Positions 13,090 to 26,283 of a stretch of 64,000 bases of DNA are shown in pieces. Within the stretch, counting starts at the first letter, position 1. Every line of letters starts with the position of its first letter. Location: positions 4,340,001 to 4,404,000 of the forward strand of contig OX597831.1 of NCBI GenBank assembly GCA_951406725.2, read 5' to 3'. The stretch comes from Octopus vulgaris (lineage: Eukaryota). The notes under the pieces were generated by a model. It was given only the letters and a program-made list of their open reading frames with translations, searched no databases and had not been told where the DNA came from. The translations under genes were made by a program, and so were the position numbers.

Positions 13090-14400
13090 GATGCGTAGAG
13101 TTTTGTTTCTATAATATCCCTTGGATTAAAATATCTAGTTGAATGCAAAACAAAATCAACCCTAGACTACAAGAATTTCGTTTCTAGTCACAAAAATGCA
13201 GATTAATCTACCCTAAATCAATTAGCAAACTCATTTTAATTAGTTTAATTATAGCACTGGGTAATTTTCAAACCTTTGTTAAAGAGGCAATAATAAATTT
13301 AATAACAGCTGAGTTAACCATTTGTATTATAAGTGGTCACGAGTTCATTGAAAATTATATGGTTGATTTCTATCTCACCATCTCTAAAATCATTGCTTAG
13401 TATTAATGCATACTGTACCATAAATGACCAGAAGTCATTATGTATGCGAGAAAAATTGTTACTCTTCTTCAAAACCTAGCTAGTTTGAAAATACCAGACA
13501 TGAAAGGTTCTTCAATCGGCAAAGAACCGTTCAACAACACAGATATGTAATCTTGTCAGGCTTTATGTCGTATACAACACATAAAACTTTATTTGTATTT
13601 ATATAGGTCGATATTCAGATGGAAGTTTATCCCTATCACTGCTTAACATCGGCCATACATTAGATATATTCAACAATTTTGGCCTTAAAATAACAAAAGC
13701 CATAAACATCGAATATAGTTAACATTTTTGATTTTACACTCAACTTAAACCCAGACAAGCATGTCGGAAAATAATTTGGTTAAATCTCTCTTTCTCATTA
13801 AACGTTAAATCTAACGTGGCTAAGCATTCCTTAAGCTTAATAAATAAAAACTTCTCTATTAACTATTTTTATGGAAAATTATTTAATAGAATCAATTTGA
13901 AATTAAGTTATCGCAGTACATCAAACATGAAAATATAATTAGAAGAAATCTTGCCAAACCAAGAAGACTAAATTGTTCTTACAGAAACAAAGATATATTT
14001 CCCCTCAGTCAGTTCTGCTACACTGAGAGAATTATTTACGAGGCTCAGATCGTCTCAAACAAACAAAACCAAGATATCGAGAGTAAATTTTATGGTGGGC
14101 TGACGAAAGGTAGATTCAAGTACCGCTTTTACACTCACACTTTTCCTTCAGTAATAGAGAAAACCCATAAACTATTCAACTATAAATGGAGAATGAAATA
14201 CAGCAGAATTGAATTGGACAATTTATTGGAAAATTCTGAAACGATGCAAGCCTTATATAAATGGAAGACGAGTATTCAATTTATGTAACTCCGAAAAAAA
14301 ACCCCTCTTTCTTTCTAAAATATCTCAAACAAAAAAGACTATTTAAGTGTTGGATTAAAGATTTTCAATAAATGCTAAGTTTTTAAAAAATTTCTTTAGG
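13090..14400 (+). pseudogene. Decayed Penelope-like retroelement ORF (RT + linker + GIY-YIG endonuclease)
   Basis: Across frameshifts and stops: KCRLIYPK (~13195), MVDFYLTIS (13359), IMYARK, IFNNFGLKIT..IVNIFDFTLNL (RT), IIWLNLSFSLNVKSNVAK..KLFNRINLKLSY (linker), IYEAQIV..FYGGLTKGRFKYRFYTH..WKILKRCKPYINGRRVFNLCNSEK (GIY-YIG); the order matches the Penelope-like consensus as I recall it. Confidence 0.88.
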
Positions 14401-15390
14401 AAATTGAAGTAACGCAGCGCTCTCATTAAAGAGAATTCTGCCATTTATTAGGATTAACCCGACTTTAATCTTTTGACAATCTCAATAAACCAAGTTAAAA
14501 ATGATAAGTAAAAACATCTCATTTAAGGGAGATATTTCATCTGATAAAAACAAAATAACAACGCTGCATAATACAATATTTTGTACGCATGCGCAAACGG
14601 AAGTAAGACAATATGAAGACACACTCCATTTTATATTCAGTTCTGTCCACTGATTGGTATAAGCTATACGCGAATAACTGGCAGCGAACATGAAACTTTA
14701 ACTCGGGGTCAAATAATTAACTGCAACAACTGTACAATAATATCTTCATATATGCTAGACCATCTATATACGTGTATTATGTATGACTGTGTGGTGACAA
14801 AGTTAGAATCGTAAACTAGTTGTCGAAAGTTCGAATTTAAGCGCGACAACTCATAGGCCTTAAACACATATAATTGTAGGTGTACATATATATATGCATA
14901 TATATGTTTATATATAAATGTACACATGCACACTCACATATGTATATGTATGATCATAGACATAATATATATATATATATATATATAATTATACACACGT
15001 ACATCATGTATAGTATACTACATAGCATTTTACACACACACTCCCGTCCGTATATACAAACATTCTTACATGAATACGTACACATACACACATACATATA
15101 CATGTATACATATATTTATATTCATATATGGATATGTGTGTGTATTCTTGTTACATAGATATATCAGGGTTTATGCGCAATCTACGTCGTGACTTACGTG
15201 TTTGTATGTGTGTGTGTACGTGTGTGTGTGTATAATATATAAAATATATGTATATGTATATATATAATATAATATATATACACGTATATATATATATTAT
15301 ACATACATATACATATATATATATATGTGTGTGTGTACGTATACATATATATATGTACACACATATATATATATATCGTATGATACGTAT

Positions 15391-15460
<70 letters not shown>

Positions 15461-15985
15461 CATATATATACATGTGTATGTATATGTATGTATATATCTG
15501 TCTATATATATATTATACATATATACATGCGTACATATGTACATATGTAGACATATAAAAGTACATACATACACGCATCTATATTAAATGATCCGCAATA
15601 TATTTAAAAGAAAAACAAAACAATGATTTAATTTTCCACCAAAGCCCCACCAAAAAATAACTATGCGAAAAATTTAAACAAAGCAAAAAAATAAAAGAGA
15701 AAAAATGATAATATTAATAATAATAATAATAATAATAACAATAATAATAATAATAATAATAATATACTGACAAACAAATAAAACAAAAGGAAATAAAATC
15801 GAATGGAAAGATGGTGGGAAGCAAAAATAACAATAATAGTAACAACAACAACAACAACAAAAACAGCGATGAAGATGCCGGCTAATATTCTTCATTGAGT
15901 CTTTGAAGTTTACAAAAGGTTGTAACTATAAAAATTAAGAGGATTAAGGAGTTTTATTGGGTACATATAATTTATTGGATTCTGT

Positions 15986-16017
<32 letters not shown>

Positions 16018-16599
16018 TATACATATACGTACACAGAAGTCACACATTTACATATACACACACACATACAGTTACACACATCTATACATACACACAACTG
16101 ATACAGTGACATTGATTTTCTTCAGTGTGTGTATATATATATATATATCTATATGTGTGTGTACATATACATATGTATATATATACATATATACATATAT
16201 ATCTATTTATCTATTTATCTACCTATATATGTTTGTATGTATGTATATATATATACATATATATATGAATGCATATTTGTGTATATATACGTATACATGC
16301 ATTTATATTTATATATATGCACATATATACTCATATTTTTATATGAATATATATATATATATATATATATATCAATATCTATAATATATATATATTTATA
16401 TATGTAAATATATTAGTATACATATATGTGTGTGTGTGCATGAGTATGTGCATATATGTGTGTGTGCATGAGTATGTGTGTATGTATGTATGTCTGTGTG
16501 TGTGTGTCTGAAAACTCTAATAAACGACTGAATTCACAAAACGAGGAAAATATGAATATATAGATGGGTATATAAATACATACTTTCCCTCACGCATAC

Positions 16600-17125
16600 A
16601 TATATGGGATTAGAAAATGAAGCTTCTTGAACCGTGAGTTTCTCGTTACCAAATATTCTAACGACTGAATAGGAAAAACAACTGAAATAGGAAAAATTTA
16701 GATGACAACATATAAATAAAAGATATTCTCAAACGCATCGAACTATATTATAGTCAACAGTATGTGATTTGTTGTCGAGAGAATACTTTAGAAACTGTGT
16801 TACGCATTCATCTGTTTGTCATGGCCAGATAAAAGTGAAACTAAAAACTATATAGACCCCACTGAAACAATCTTTAAAAACATTCCTGTAACATAAGCTT
16901 GCATTCGAAGACACCAGATAGATGTCATATCCAATGACGATTCAAATACATCTGAAGTTCAAAGGATGATAATATTAACAGTTACAACATAGGTTATTTT
17001 ATTAAAGATGCACTGAAAGGTGTAATCTCTGTCTTGCGGAGAAGAGTAACATCTCTTAAAGACATTTGCAATTTCATAACAAGAGATTGGAACTAATGAA
17101 TTCCTTTAAGCATGGATATTAAAGA
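16600..17125 (+). pseudogene. Second decayed Penelope-like element, GIY-YIG 3' end
   Basis: DKSETKNYIDPTETIFK, SKYI, RCNLCLAEK, NKRLELMNSFKH (cf. YIGLTETTFK..RCNLCLTEK..NKRSELISKCRH). Confidence 0.8.
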
Positions 17126-17556
17126 ATTTTACGCAATAATCAGTTAAACTTGTTTATATCCTACATACTAGAAGCGCAATGCACAGAAGAAGAATTATAC
17201 TTAATTGAAAGTTGCTCTCTTTCTTTCTTACATTACATGTTTTGTTTTCTTTCTTGCATCACATGTTTTCGCACGTAAATAGATAAAACCATTACAAGGT
17301 AGGTGCCTACAGCTAAACAAATGAATGTCTGATGCCTTTTCTGCAGCTAATCATATATCGATGTAATGTTTAAGAAATATTTTGATGCGTTTGCGAATAT
17401 TTTTGTTTCTATGTTGTCAGTTTGTTTAAATTTCTCAGTCGTTTGAATAATCGGCAATGTGAAACATAAAAGCCCGATTTCAGCTCCTAATACAACAATT
17501 CACAAACACTTTACATGATGCATTTTCTACTTTCCTCACAGTTGTAAGCACAAAAG

Positions 17557-17726
<170 letters not shown>

Positions 17727-18027
17727 GACGTTTCGGGCTTACACATACACACGCGCACACACACACGCACCATGGTATACGTAGTTCTGTACACCCCACT
17801 CACACAAAATTTCCATAACTGCAATATTACAGATACCAATTCTTGTGCCAATATTTCCTTCTGGAGAATTTTGCGCATTTTCTTAAATTTCTAATGAATT
17901 TCAGAGATACAAAAACACAAAGAAGTGTGTGTACTCATAGCTAACCAGAAACGCTCAAATTCATACGTACATTGAAATATGTACCCGTATATGAAATGCC
18001 TTATGTATGTATGTGCATGTATGTATG

Positions 18028-18063
<36 letters not shown>

Positions 18064-18260
18064 TGTATGTATGTATGTATGTATACATGTGTATGTATTT
18101 GTAGTGTATATTATGTACATAAGTGTGTGTGTATATATATATATATATTAATACATTCACAGATGTGAACAAACACACCAATATATGGAACGCACATAAT
18201 TATATGCGAGCTATAGTGCATAAATAACGAATATATACACACCAACCAACCAACCGACCA

Positions 18261-18292
<32 letters not shown>

Positions 18293-18365
18293 GTCCGTCT
18301 GTCTGTTTGTTTGTCTGTCTGTCTATAACGAGAGAGATAAATATATATATATATGTGTATGTGTA

Positions 18366-18424
<59 letters not shown>

Positions 18425-19359
18425 AAATACATATATATATGTTGCGTATGCTCTGTGTGTATGTACACATATATGTACGCATGCATATGCGGTGTGCGTA
18501 TATGCTATTATATCCCCCCAATGGCCTATAATATAAATACATGTCACTTTATTACAAAATGATAAAAAAAGAACCAACTTCCTTGAAAAAGCAACGACAA
18601 ACAACAAGCTCCGTCTTGTATTGTATTAAGCAATTTAATCAACTCCTCCACTCTATCACCTCCATTTAGTGGCGTAGTGGCGGCGGGCGGAAGGGGTCTG
18701 ATTGATTCTATTCTTCCGCCTTATTCTTTGGAAGGAAGACTCAGCAGATTGTGTGTTTGTTGTAGTGTTGGTGTTGGAGCGGGTGGTGGTGGTGTTGTTG
18801 TTGCTAGTGTTGGTTGTAGACGGTGGCGGTGTTGTGTTGGTGATATTAGTGTCGGTGGTGATGATGATGTTGTTGTTGCTGGCGGTTGTCGTATTGGTGG
18901 TGTTGGTGGTGGTGTCGTTGGTGAGGAAGTCTTTGGTGGCGGCGGTGTTCATGGCGAAGGTTTTGTTGCTGTTGTTGTTGTTGTTGTTGGTGGTGGTGGT
19001 GTCGCTGGTGAGGAAGTTTTCGGTGGTGGCGGTGTTCATGGCGAGAGTATTGTTGTTGTTGTTGGTGTTGTTGTTGTTGTTGGTGGTGGTGGAGGAACTG
19101 GTGGAGCTAGTGGTTCATAGTTGTTATTGTTAATGGTGTTCGTGTTAGTGGTAGTTTTTCGCGGTTGTGATGATGTTTCTAGTGATGGTGTCGTTTGTTG
19201 TTGTTGTTGTAATGGTGGTAGTGGTAGTGGTGGTGGTCTTGGTGGACGTGGTATTCTTTATCGTATCGTGTTGGTTGCAGCAGCCGCGGTGTAGGTTCTA
19301 AGTGGCGTTGGATTTTATGAAAATATTTTGAAAGAAAAGTTGGAGATGTATCGTATTAT

Positions 19360-19655
19360 CACAAAACTATACCGCTTCTACCGACACATGACGGGGTCAT
19401 TCCGAAAAGCTCTATCTGCGACGAGTTCATCTCAATCGAAGGAGAGGGGCTTTCTCCGTCCGGGTTGCGGATCCGTGGAATAGTCTGCCAGACGAGATGG
19501 TGAAGATGCCGACGACCGCTCGGTTCAAAGTCTCCCTTGACCTCAAGTGGCCTGAACTCTTTAAATGAACACCACCCTGTACATAACTCCATGTCCCCCT
19601 ACATGGCCTTGCTTTTTGCTTTTTGAGCCAAAAAATTAACTAACTAACTAACTAA
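19360..19655 (+). mobile_element. 5'-truncated CR1-group LINE 3' end
   Basis: 19392-19568 reads RGHSEKLYLRRVHLNRRRGAFSVRVADPWNSLPDEMVKMPTTARFKVSLDLKWPELFK*, the CR1 ORF2 C-terminal RGH..FS.RV..WNSLP motif; short 3' UTR ending in (TAAC)n. Confidence 0.88.
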
Positions 19656-19699
19656 CACTCAGTCAGAAATTTTTGATGGTTCGAATGTCAATGAAAATG

Positions 19700-20085
19700 A
19701 TCTAAAACTGTTATAACAGGGGTCAAAACGTGTGCAAAACGTTTGCAGTCATGGTAAGAAGCTTGACGGTACGTACTCGAAAATGCTTCGTGCAGTTCTC
19801 AATTTTCCTTGGCAGTAACACAGAGAAAGCAGTGAGTGTGTAACAGTCTTCCTACCATCGCATCGGCAATCATAAAGATAAGAGTTTTGCAGGACACAAA
19901 CGGAGAAGCAAGGATGAAATATCTAGCGATGTCCTTCTCTGGAAACCCAAGCATAGACATACATGTATCGACAGACCAAGAAGAGTACATATGGACAAAA
20001 ACACTGGACACCAAGTTGAGGATATGAAAACTGCTATGGGAGATCGGGATGTCTGGCGTGGAAGATTTGCATTAGTCCACGCAAT
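19700..20085 (+). pseudogene. Decayed RTE-group LINE ORF C-terminus
   Basis: KKLDGTYSKMLRAVLNFPWQ..LPTI..FAGH..SKDEISSDVLLWKPKH..TGHQVEDMKTAMGDRDVWR across frameshifts. Confidence 0.82.
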
Positions 20086-20330
20086 ATATACAGGGCAGAT
20101 ATATACAGCTATGGTGTCGAATGAAGAAATATAGTTATCGTACTGAACGGGATAATCGTTGCTACGATCACTAAGCGAATGATTTGAGGCGTCAGTAAGG
20201 TCTGTTTGGAAGGAATAATTAATGGAAAGAGAAACAAACGCCAGCAACCTTAAAGATGGAGAGATAACATCACTGCATGGATAGGACTTGACATAATTTC
20301 TCTGAATTCTTTTGCCAAGGATCAGATACC

Positions 20331-20563
20331 TTTTTCTTTACTACCCACAAGGGGCTAAACACAGAGGAGACAAACAAGGACAGACAAACGGATTAAGTCG
20401 ATTGCATCGACCCCAGTGCGTAACTAGTACTTAATTTATCGACCCCGAAAGGATGAAGGGCAAATTCGACCTCGGCGGAATTTGAACTCAGAACGTAACG
20501 GCAGACGAAATACGGCTACGCATTTCGCCCGGCGTGCTGACGTTTCTGCCAGCTCGCCGCCTT
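20331..20563 (-). mobile_element. SINE family B monomer (tRNA-like head, Meta/MESC-like central domain) with 15-bp TSD
   Basis: Minus: GGCGGCGAGCTGGCAGAAACG...GAGTTCAAATTCCGCCGAGGTCGA...TTCATCCTTTCGGGGTCGATAAA; TSD CAAGGATCAGATACC at 20316-20330 and 20566-20580. The domain name is from memory. Confidence 0.9.
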
Positions 20564-20716
20564 GACAAGGATCAGATACCATGGAGGCAATTATCTCGTG
20601 TCAGTGCGCATTCTGCCACATGTGGAAATAGCGGGAATTGATGATGGGTAAATTTTCTTCATTTGGAACTCTGGTGTTTCTTGTGGCATTGCGTATGTCT
20701 CATCAGTCAGTCAGTG

Positions 20717-20920
20717 GTGAAGGTCATATTGACTGTCTTTGTTGATTGAAAGGGCGTCGATCGTCATGAGTTTGTCTCAAGTGGTCAGACGATGAACAAA
20801 GAATTTAACCAGGATGTTCTGAAATGTTTGGGAGAGGCAATACAAAGGAAGAGACCTGACGCGTGGACAAACAATACGTAGATACCATGCAAAGACAACT
20901 CGTCTCAGAAGATGTCACTC
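20717..20920 (+). pseudogene. Decayed mariner transposase fragment
   Basis: VKVILTVFVD*KGVDRHEFVSSGQTMNKEFNQDVLKCLGEAIQRKRPDAWTNNT*IPCKDNSSQ matches mariner KVMLTVFFD.RGVVHHEF...GQTVN..Y..VL.RLREAIRRKRP..W.N..W...HDNA. Confidence 0.85.
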
Positions 20921-21074
20921 TAGCCATGAATTTCGTTTTTCTGCCATTCTAGTCTCAGAGTTCTTTTGCTGTTTCTAAATTTAAAATCCGTCCTAAAAGA
21001 CCACACATGCCAGACAAGATTGAAGAAAACTCATTCTGAGAATTGCACACAATCTCTGAAACTGTGTATTGACA

Positions 21075-21236
21075 GTGGTGGTGGTGGGTTTGGAGGAGGT
21101 GATTTTGGTGGTGGTGGTGGCGGGGTTTGGAGGGAGGTGATTTTGGTGGTGGTGGTGGCGGGGTTTGGGGGGAGGTGATTTTGGTGGTGGTGGCGGGGTT
21201 TGGGGGAAGGTGATTTTGGTGGTAGTGGTGGTGGTG
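21075..21236. repeat. G-rich minisatellite (~36-38 bp unit, about 4 copies)
   Basis: Repeated GGTGGTGGTGGCGGGGTTTGG(A/G)GGGAGGTGATTTT. Confidence 0.85.
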
Positions 21237-21624
21237 AATTGTTCTGAAGGAAGCTCGACTCTTCAAAATGTATGTAAAATAGAAAATTTGCATTTTTAAA
21301 ATCATCCCCCCCTACCCCGCCAACGTCCATTCTGTTTTGAGTGCAACGCCGAGATTTTGAAAAAGACAAGATGTTCACGGTTTGTACGCTTTTAAACGAT
21401 GAATTGTTTGTGTAAATTGTAACACCTTGGCCATTAAAATGCAAATTTCCATGCACCCGAAACTCCTCATTGAGGCTAAACCGGTCAAACTGAAAGTAAA
21501 GTAATAAACCTATGCGTCTTACTGCTTACTCTTTCGTTAATTGCTGTAGATTTAAAGCTACAGTTGTTCTATTATAAAAAAAAGAAGACCCAACAAAAAC
21601 TAGAAATAAGACAAAAAGTATATT

Positions 21625-22022
21625 CGTTTCTACTCTAGACACAAGGCCCTACATTTTGGGGGAGAGAGCCAGTCGATTAGATCGACCCCAGTACGCAACT
21701 GGTATTTATTTAATCGACCCTGAAAGGATGAAAGGTAAAGTCGACCTCGGCGGAATTTGAACTCAGAACGTAGCGTCAGACGAAATACCTATTTCTTTAT
21801 TACCCACAAAGGGCTAAACATACAGGGGACAAACAAGGACAGACATAGGTATTAAGTCGATTACATTGATCCCAGTGCGTAACTGGTACTTAATTTATCG
21901 ACCCCGAAAAGATGAAAGGCAAAGTCGACCTCGGCGGAATTTGAACTCACAACGTAACGGCAGGCGAAATACGGCTACGCATTTCGCCCGGCGTGCTAAC
22001 GTTTCTGCCAGCTTGCCGCCTT
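21625..22022 (-). mobile_element. Dimeric SINE family B with degenerate 16-bp TSD
   Basis: Full monomer joined at AAGAAATA|GGTATTTCGTC to a 5'-truncated monomer with a different tail; flanks AGACAAAAAGTATATT (21609) / AGACAAAAAGCATGTT (22023). Confidence 0.88.
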
Positions 22023-22121
22023 AGACAAAAAGCATGTTGACTGTTTTTAGTGACAGCCATTGACTCATTGTTTCTCTTTAATATTGATGTATATTGCTGT
22101 TTTAATCTTGCAGTAGATTTA

Positions 22122-22209
<88 letters not shown>

Positions 22210-22214
22210 ATCTG

Positions 22215-22269
<55 letters not shown>

Positions 22270-22450
22270 GCTTCTACATTTATCTGTTTCTTTGTCTACC
22301 TTTCTCGCTGTGTGATTGTCTATCTATTTAGTTACCTAAACAATATGCATACATACGCACACATATTGATAGATAAATAGATAGATAGACAGATATGCAG
22401 ATAGATAGCTAGATAGATAGATAGAGACAGAGAGAAAGAGAGAGAGATAG

Positions 22451-22487
<37 letters not shown>

Positions 22488-22536
22488 TATATATATAGAT
22501 ATATAGATAGATAGATAGATAGATAGATAGACAGAC

Positions 22537-22615
<79 letters not shown>
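22122..22615. repeat. (TATC)n array followed by an oppositely oriented (GATA)n array
   Basis: 22122-22268 TATC; 22375-22615 GATA/TA. Confidence 0.92.
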
Positions 22616-22616
<1 letters not shown>

Positions 22617-23344
22617 TTTTTCAAAAAAGCAAGCAAAATGTCTGGACTAAAACAGGTCGCAGAGACAAACTCCCGAAAGCCAGTCGGCAAAATGTCGAAA
22701 GCGCGAAGGGGTGAACCAGCAGATAGGAGAGTTCACTATAAATCAAAAAGGTCTCTGCTTCTACCCCACTCTTTCTCTCTCTCTCTCTCCTTCTCTTTCC
22801 CTGTCTCGTTCTGTCTTACTCTTCCTGCCACTCCAGTCCCAATATATAAGAAATCTTATGATTTCTTCTATAATTTTTTTTCTCCTCTATATCTCACGTC
22901 CTTTCTCTCGTTGTTCAACCTTATAACTACGATGTGATATAAGGTTCGATCCTCATCGATTCCATAAACCCTCACAACACACCAACACACACACACAGAG
23001 AATCCTACAGAAGAAACTCTCCATTCAAATTTGCCGTCCCATTCCAGTAAACATCCAACAAAGCTTCATCTCAGCTCCACGCCCAATCACGTCTTCCATC
23101 GCCGTCTCTTTCAGAAATTTCGCCGCTTTGCATTATATTGTATTTCATACATTCTCATGCGAATAATTTTTTTATTATCTTCATAACTTCATTCATTCAT
23201 TCATTTATCAGTCATTCTTCATTCTCTGTATCTTACTTACATTCCATCTTTTCTTCTTTCTTCCATTATGGCTGCCAAATATTTTGTGTGCGTGTGTGTG
23301 TGTGTGTGTGTGTAGGGTTTATATTATATTATATTTTATATATA

Positions 23345-23760
23345 GGCGCAGGGGTGGCTGTGTGGTAAGTAGCTTGCTAACCAACCACATGGTTCCGGGT
23401 TCAGTCCCACTGCGTGGCACCTTGGGCAAGTGTCTTCTGCTATAGCCCATGGCCGACCAATGCCTTGTGAGTGGATTTGGTAGACGGAAACTGAAAGAAG
23501 CCCGTCGTATATATGTATATATATATATGTGTGTGCGTGTATGTTTGTGTGTCTGTGTTTGTCCCCCTAGCATTGCTTGACAACCGATGCTGGTGTGTTT
23601 ACGTCCCCGTTACTTAGCGGTTCGGCAAAAGAGACCGATAGAATAAGTACTGGGCTTACAAAAGAATAAGTCCCGGGCTCGAGTTGCTCGATTAAAGGCG
23701 GTGCTCCTGCATGGCCGCAGTCAAATGGCTGAAACAAGTAAAGAGTAAAGAGTAAAAGAG
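23345..23760 (+). mobile_element. SINE family A, full length, young
   Basis: GGCGCAGGGGTGGCTGTGTGG to AAACAAGTAAAGAGTAAAGAG, inserted in TA-rich sequence. Confidence 0.93.
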
Positions 23761-23769
23761 ATATGTATA

Positions 23770-23836
<67 letters not shown>

Positions 23837-23847
23837 ATATATATAAT

Positions 23848-24055
23848 CCCTTCTACTTTGGGCATAAGATCCGAAATTTTGGGTAAGAGGGTAAGTCGAC
23901 TGCATCGACCCAGTGCATAACTGGTCCATATTTTATCGGCCCCAAAAGGATGCAAGGCAACGTCGACTTCGGCGGAAATTGAACTAAAATCATAAAGATG
24001 GATGAAATGCCGCGAAGCATTTTGGGCCGGTGTGCTAATAATAATAATAATAATG

Positions 24056-24128
<73 letters not shown>

Positions 24129-24145
24129 TGATGATGATGATGATG

Positions 24146-24220
<75 letters not shown>

Positions 24221-24510
24221 GTTCCAAAGTGCAGCATTTTCTGGGGAGGAGCTATTCACTGGTACTTAATTTATCAAACCCGAAAGTATGAAAGGCAAAG
24301 TCGACCTCGGCCGAATTCGAACCCTGAACGTAAAATAGGAAGAAATGCCGCTAAGCATTTTAATCTGGTTCGGTAACGATTGTTCTAGCTCACTGCCTTA
24401 TAATTCTTTCAACTACAGGTACAAGGCCTGAAAGTTTGGAAGAGAGGACAAGACGATTAAATCAACCTCTGTGCACGACCGATACATTTTCTGAAACGAC
24501 GAAAGGCAAC
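23848..24510 (-). mobile_element. Cluster of diverged SINE family B copies interrupted by (AAT)n (24037-24219)
   Basis: Repeated plus-strand GAAAGGCAAAGTCGACCTCGGC-like and AAGCATTT blocks. Confidence 0.75.
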
Positions 24511-24631
24511 TCTTCATCGCCAGGAGAGCAGCGGAACTCAGTTTTTGACTATCGGTCCCCACCCTTGATTGCTATTTTATTCGTATAGGCTCTCCCAGCC
24601 ATCGATGTTTGAAAAAGATCTTGTTACATTT

Positions 24632-24986
24632 TTATTACCTCCGCCTTAGCTAAAGTGGAGGTATTGTTTTCAGTCGTGTTTGTTTGTTTGTTTGTTTGTC
24701 TTTCTGTGGACAATATATCTCAAGAACCGCTGGATGGATTCGGATGAAACTTTCAGGGATGTTTGGCCTCGTGACTGGCACAAACTGACTAGATTTTGGG
24801 ATCGATGCCGGACAAGGATTGTAGATTATCTTTCCTGTTTCCTGTCGGATTCATTTTTAGTATTCTCATTTGCGAGAGCTATCGAGTTTATTTTAGATAC
24901 TCTCATTTTAAAAATCAACTCTGGCTAATTGTTGAGAGGATGTTGGTGTTGCTTTGGCGGAGGTTTGCGCTCTCTGAGTGCTCTTA
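24632..24986 (+). mobile_element. Helentron-associated non-autonomous element (HINE/DINE-1-like)
   Basis: Sub-terminal IRs ACCTCCGCC (24637) / GGCGGAGGT (24956), partial IR GTGGAGGT just inside, (GTTT)n, 3' hairpin GCGCTC-TCT-GAGTGC, T-rich ends. Confidence 0.82.
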
Positions 24987-25399
24987 TTATTAAATATTAT
25001 TGTAAGGCGGCGAAAGGCGGTGAGCTGTTAGAATCCTTAGCACGCTGGACGAAATACTTAACGGTATTTCGCCCTCGCAACATTCTGGGGAATCAGCCCC
25101 TATGAGTCGGTATAGCGCGAAAAGGTAGCTTTAACTTTATTTTACTGTACCACTGCCATGCCAGGGATTTCTGAAAGTTATCTATTTCAGTGCACGAAAT
25201 GGATGTCTTCCGAAACACATCACCCAATTCGTCCTCCTCAATGACTAGAGTTTCCCAGAAAAAAGGCTACCGCTCCTACCCACCACTAGATGTCTCTCTC
25301 TGTTGCTAACATATAACTTCCATTGAAGTGCATTATTGCACGACTGGTAAGGAGCGGTGGGCGGCAAGGGACATTCCAGATAGTTTTTCTGATGTTGTT

Positions 25400-25509
25400 G
25401 TAGTTGTTGCTTGTGCTGATCACCCTCCACCACCACGCCACCCCCTTCTTCTTCTTCTTCTTCTTCTTCTTCCTCATCTTTTCTTCTGCTGCTTTTTCTT
25501 GCCTTGTGT

Positions 25510-25547
<38 letters not shown>

Positions 25548-26051
25548 GCTACTGCTGCTGCTGTTACCGCTGACGCCGCCATCGCCACCACCACCGTCAC
25601 CACCACCACCACCACCACCACCACCACCACCACCACCACCACCACCACCACAACAACAACAACAACAACAGCAGCGGCAGCAGCAACAACAATTTGTTAC
25701 AGTTTTTGCTGTTCTTTCTATACTTGTAATTGTTACTGCTACTGATGTTGATGATGATGATGGTTTTCTTGTTGTTGTTGTTGTTGCTGTTGATGTTCTT
25801 ATCGTTTGTTTGTTGTTGGAAGTGTTGTTTGTTTCTGCCGCCGCTGCTTCTTGCTGCTGCTGCTGCAGCTGCTGTTGGTGCCGTTGTCTTCATTCTGAGA
25901 AAGAGAGAATCAATGGACCGTGTCCGTCTTCAGTTCTACAACTTTCACCATTTTTCTTCTTTCCTGCTCAACCGAAGACACAAATGACAAAAGAAAGAAT
26001 CAGAAAAAATGAATGGTTTTTCTTGGAGCGTGGAATCTGAAGATTTAACCA

Positions 26052-26083
<32 letters not shown>

Positions 26084-26234
26084 GCAGCTGCAACAGCAAC
26101 AACAACAACAGCAACAACAATATGAAATATATAATGAGAATGACGAAACCATGGTAATAAAGGCAATGATAAGGATAAGTGGTAGTAGTAGCAGCAGCAG
26201 TAGCAGCATGAGTATCAGCAGCAGCAGTAGCAGC

Positions 26235-26283
<49 letters not shown>

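Noticed and set aside
22122-22615. (TATC)n/(GATA)n pair as a fold-back duplication
   Set aside because: Only the simple repeats are complementary; the intervening unique sequence is not mirrored
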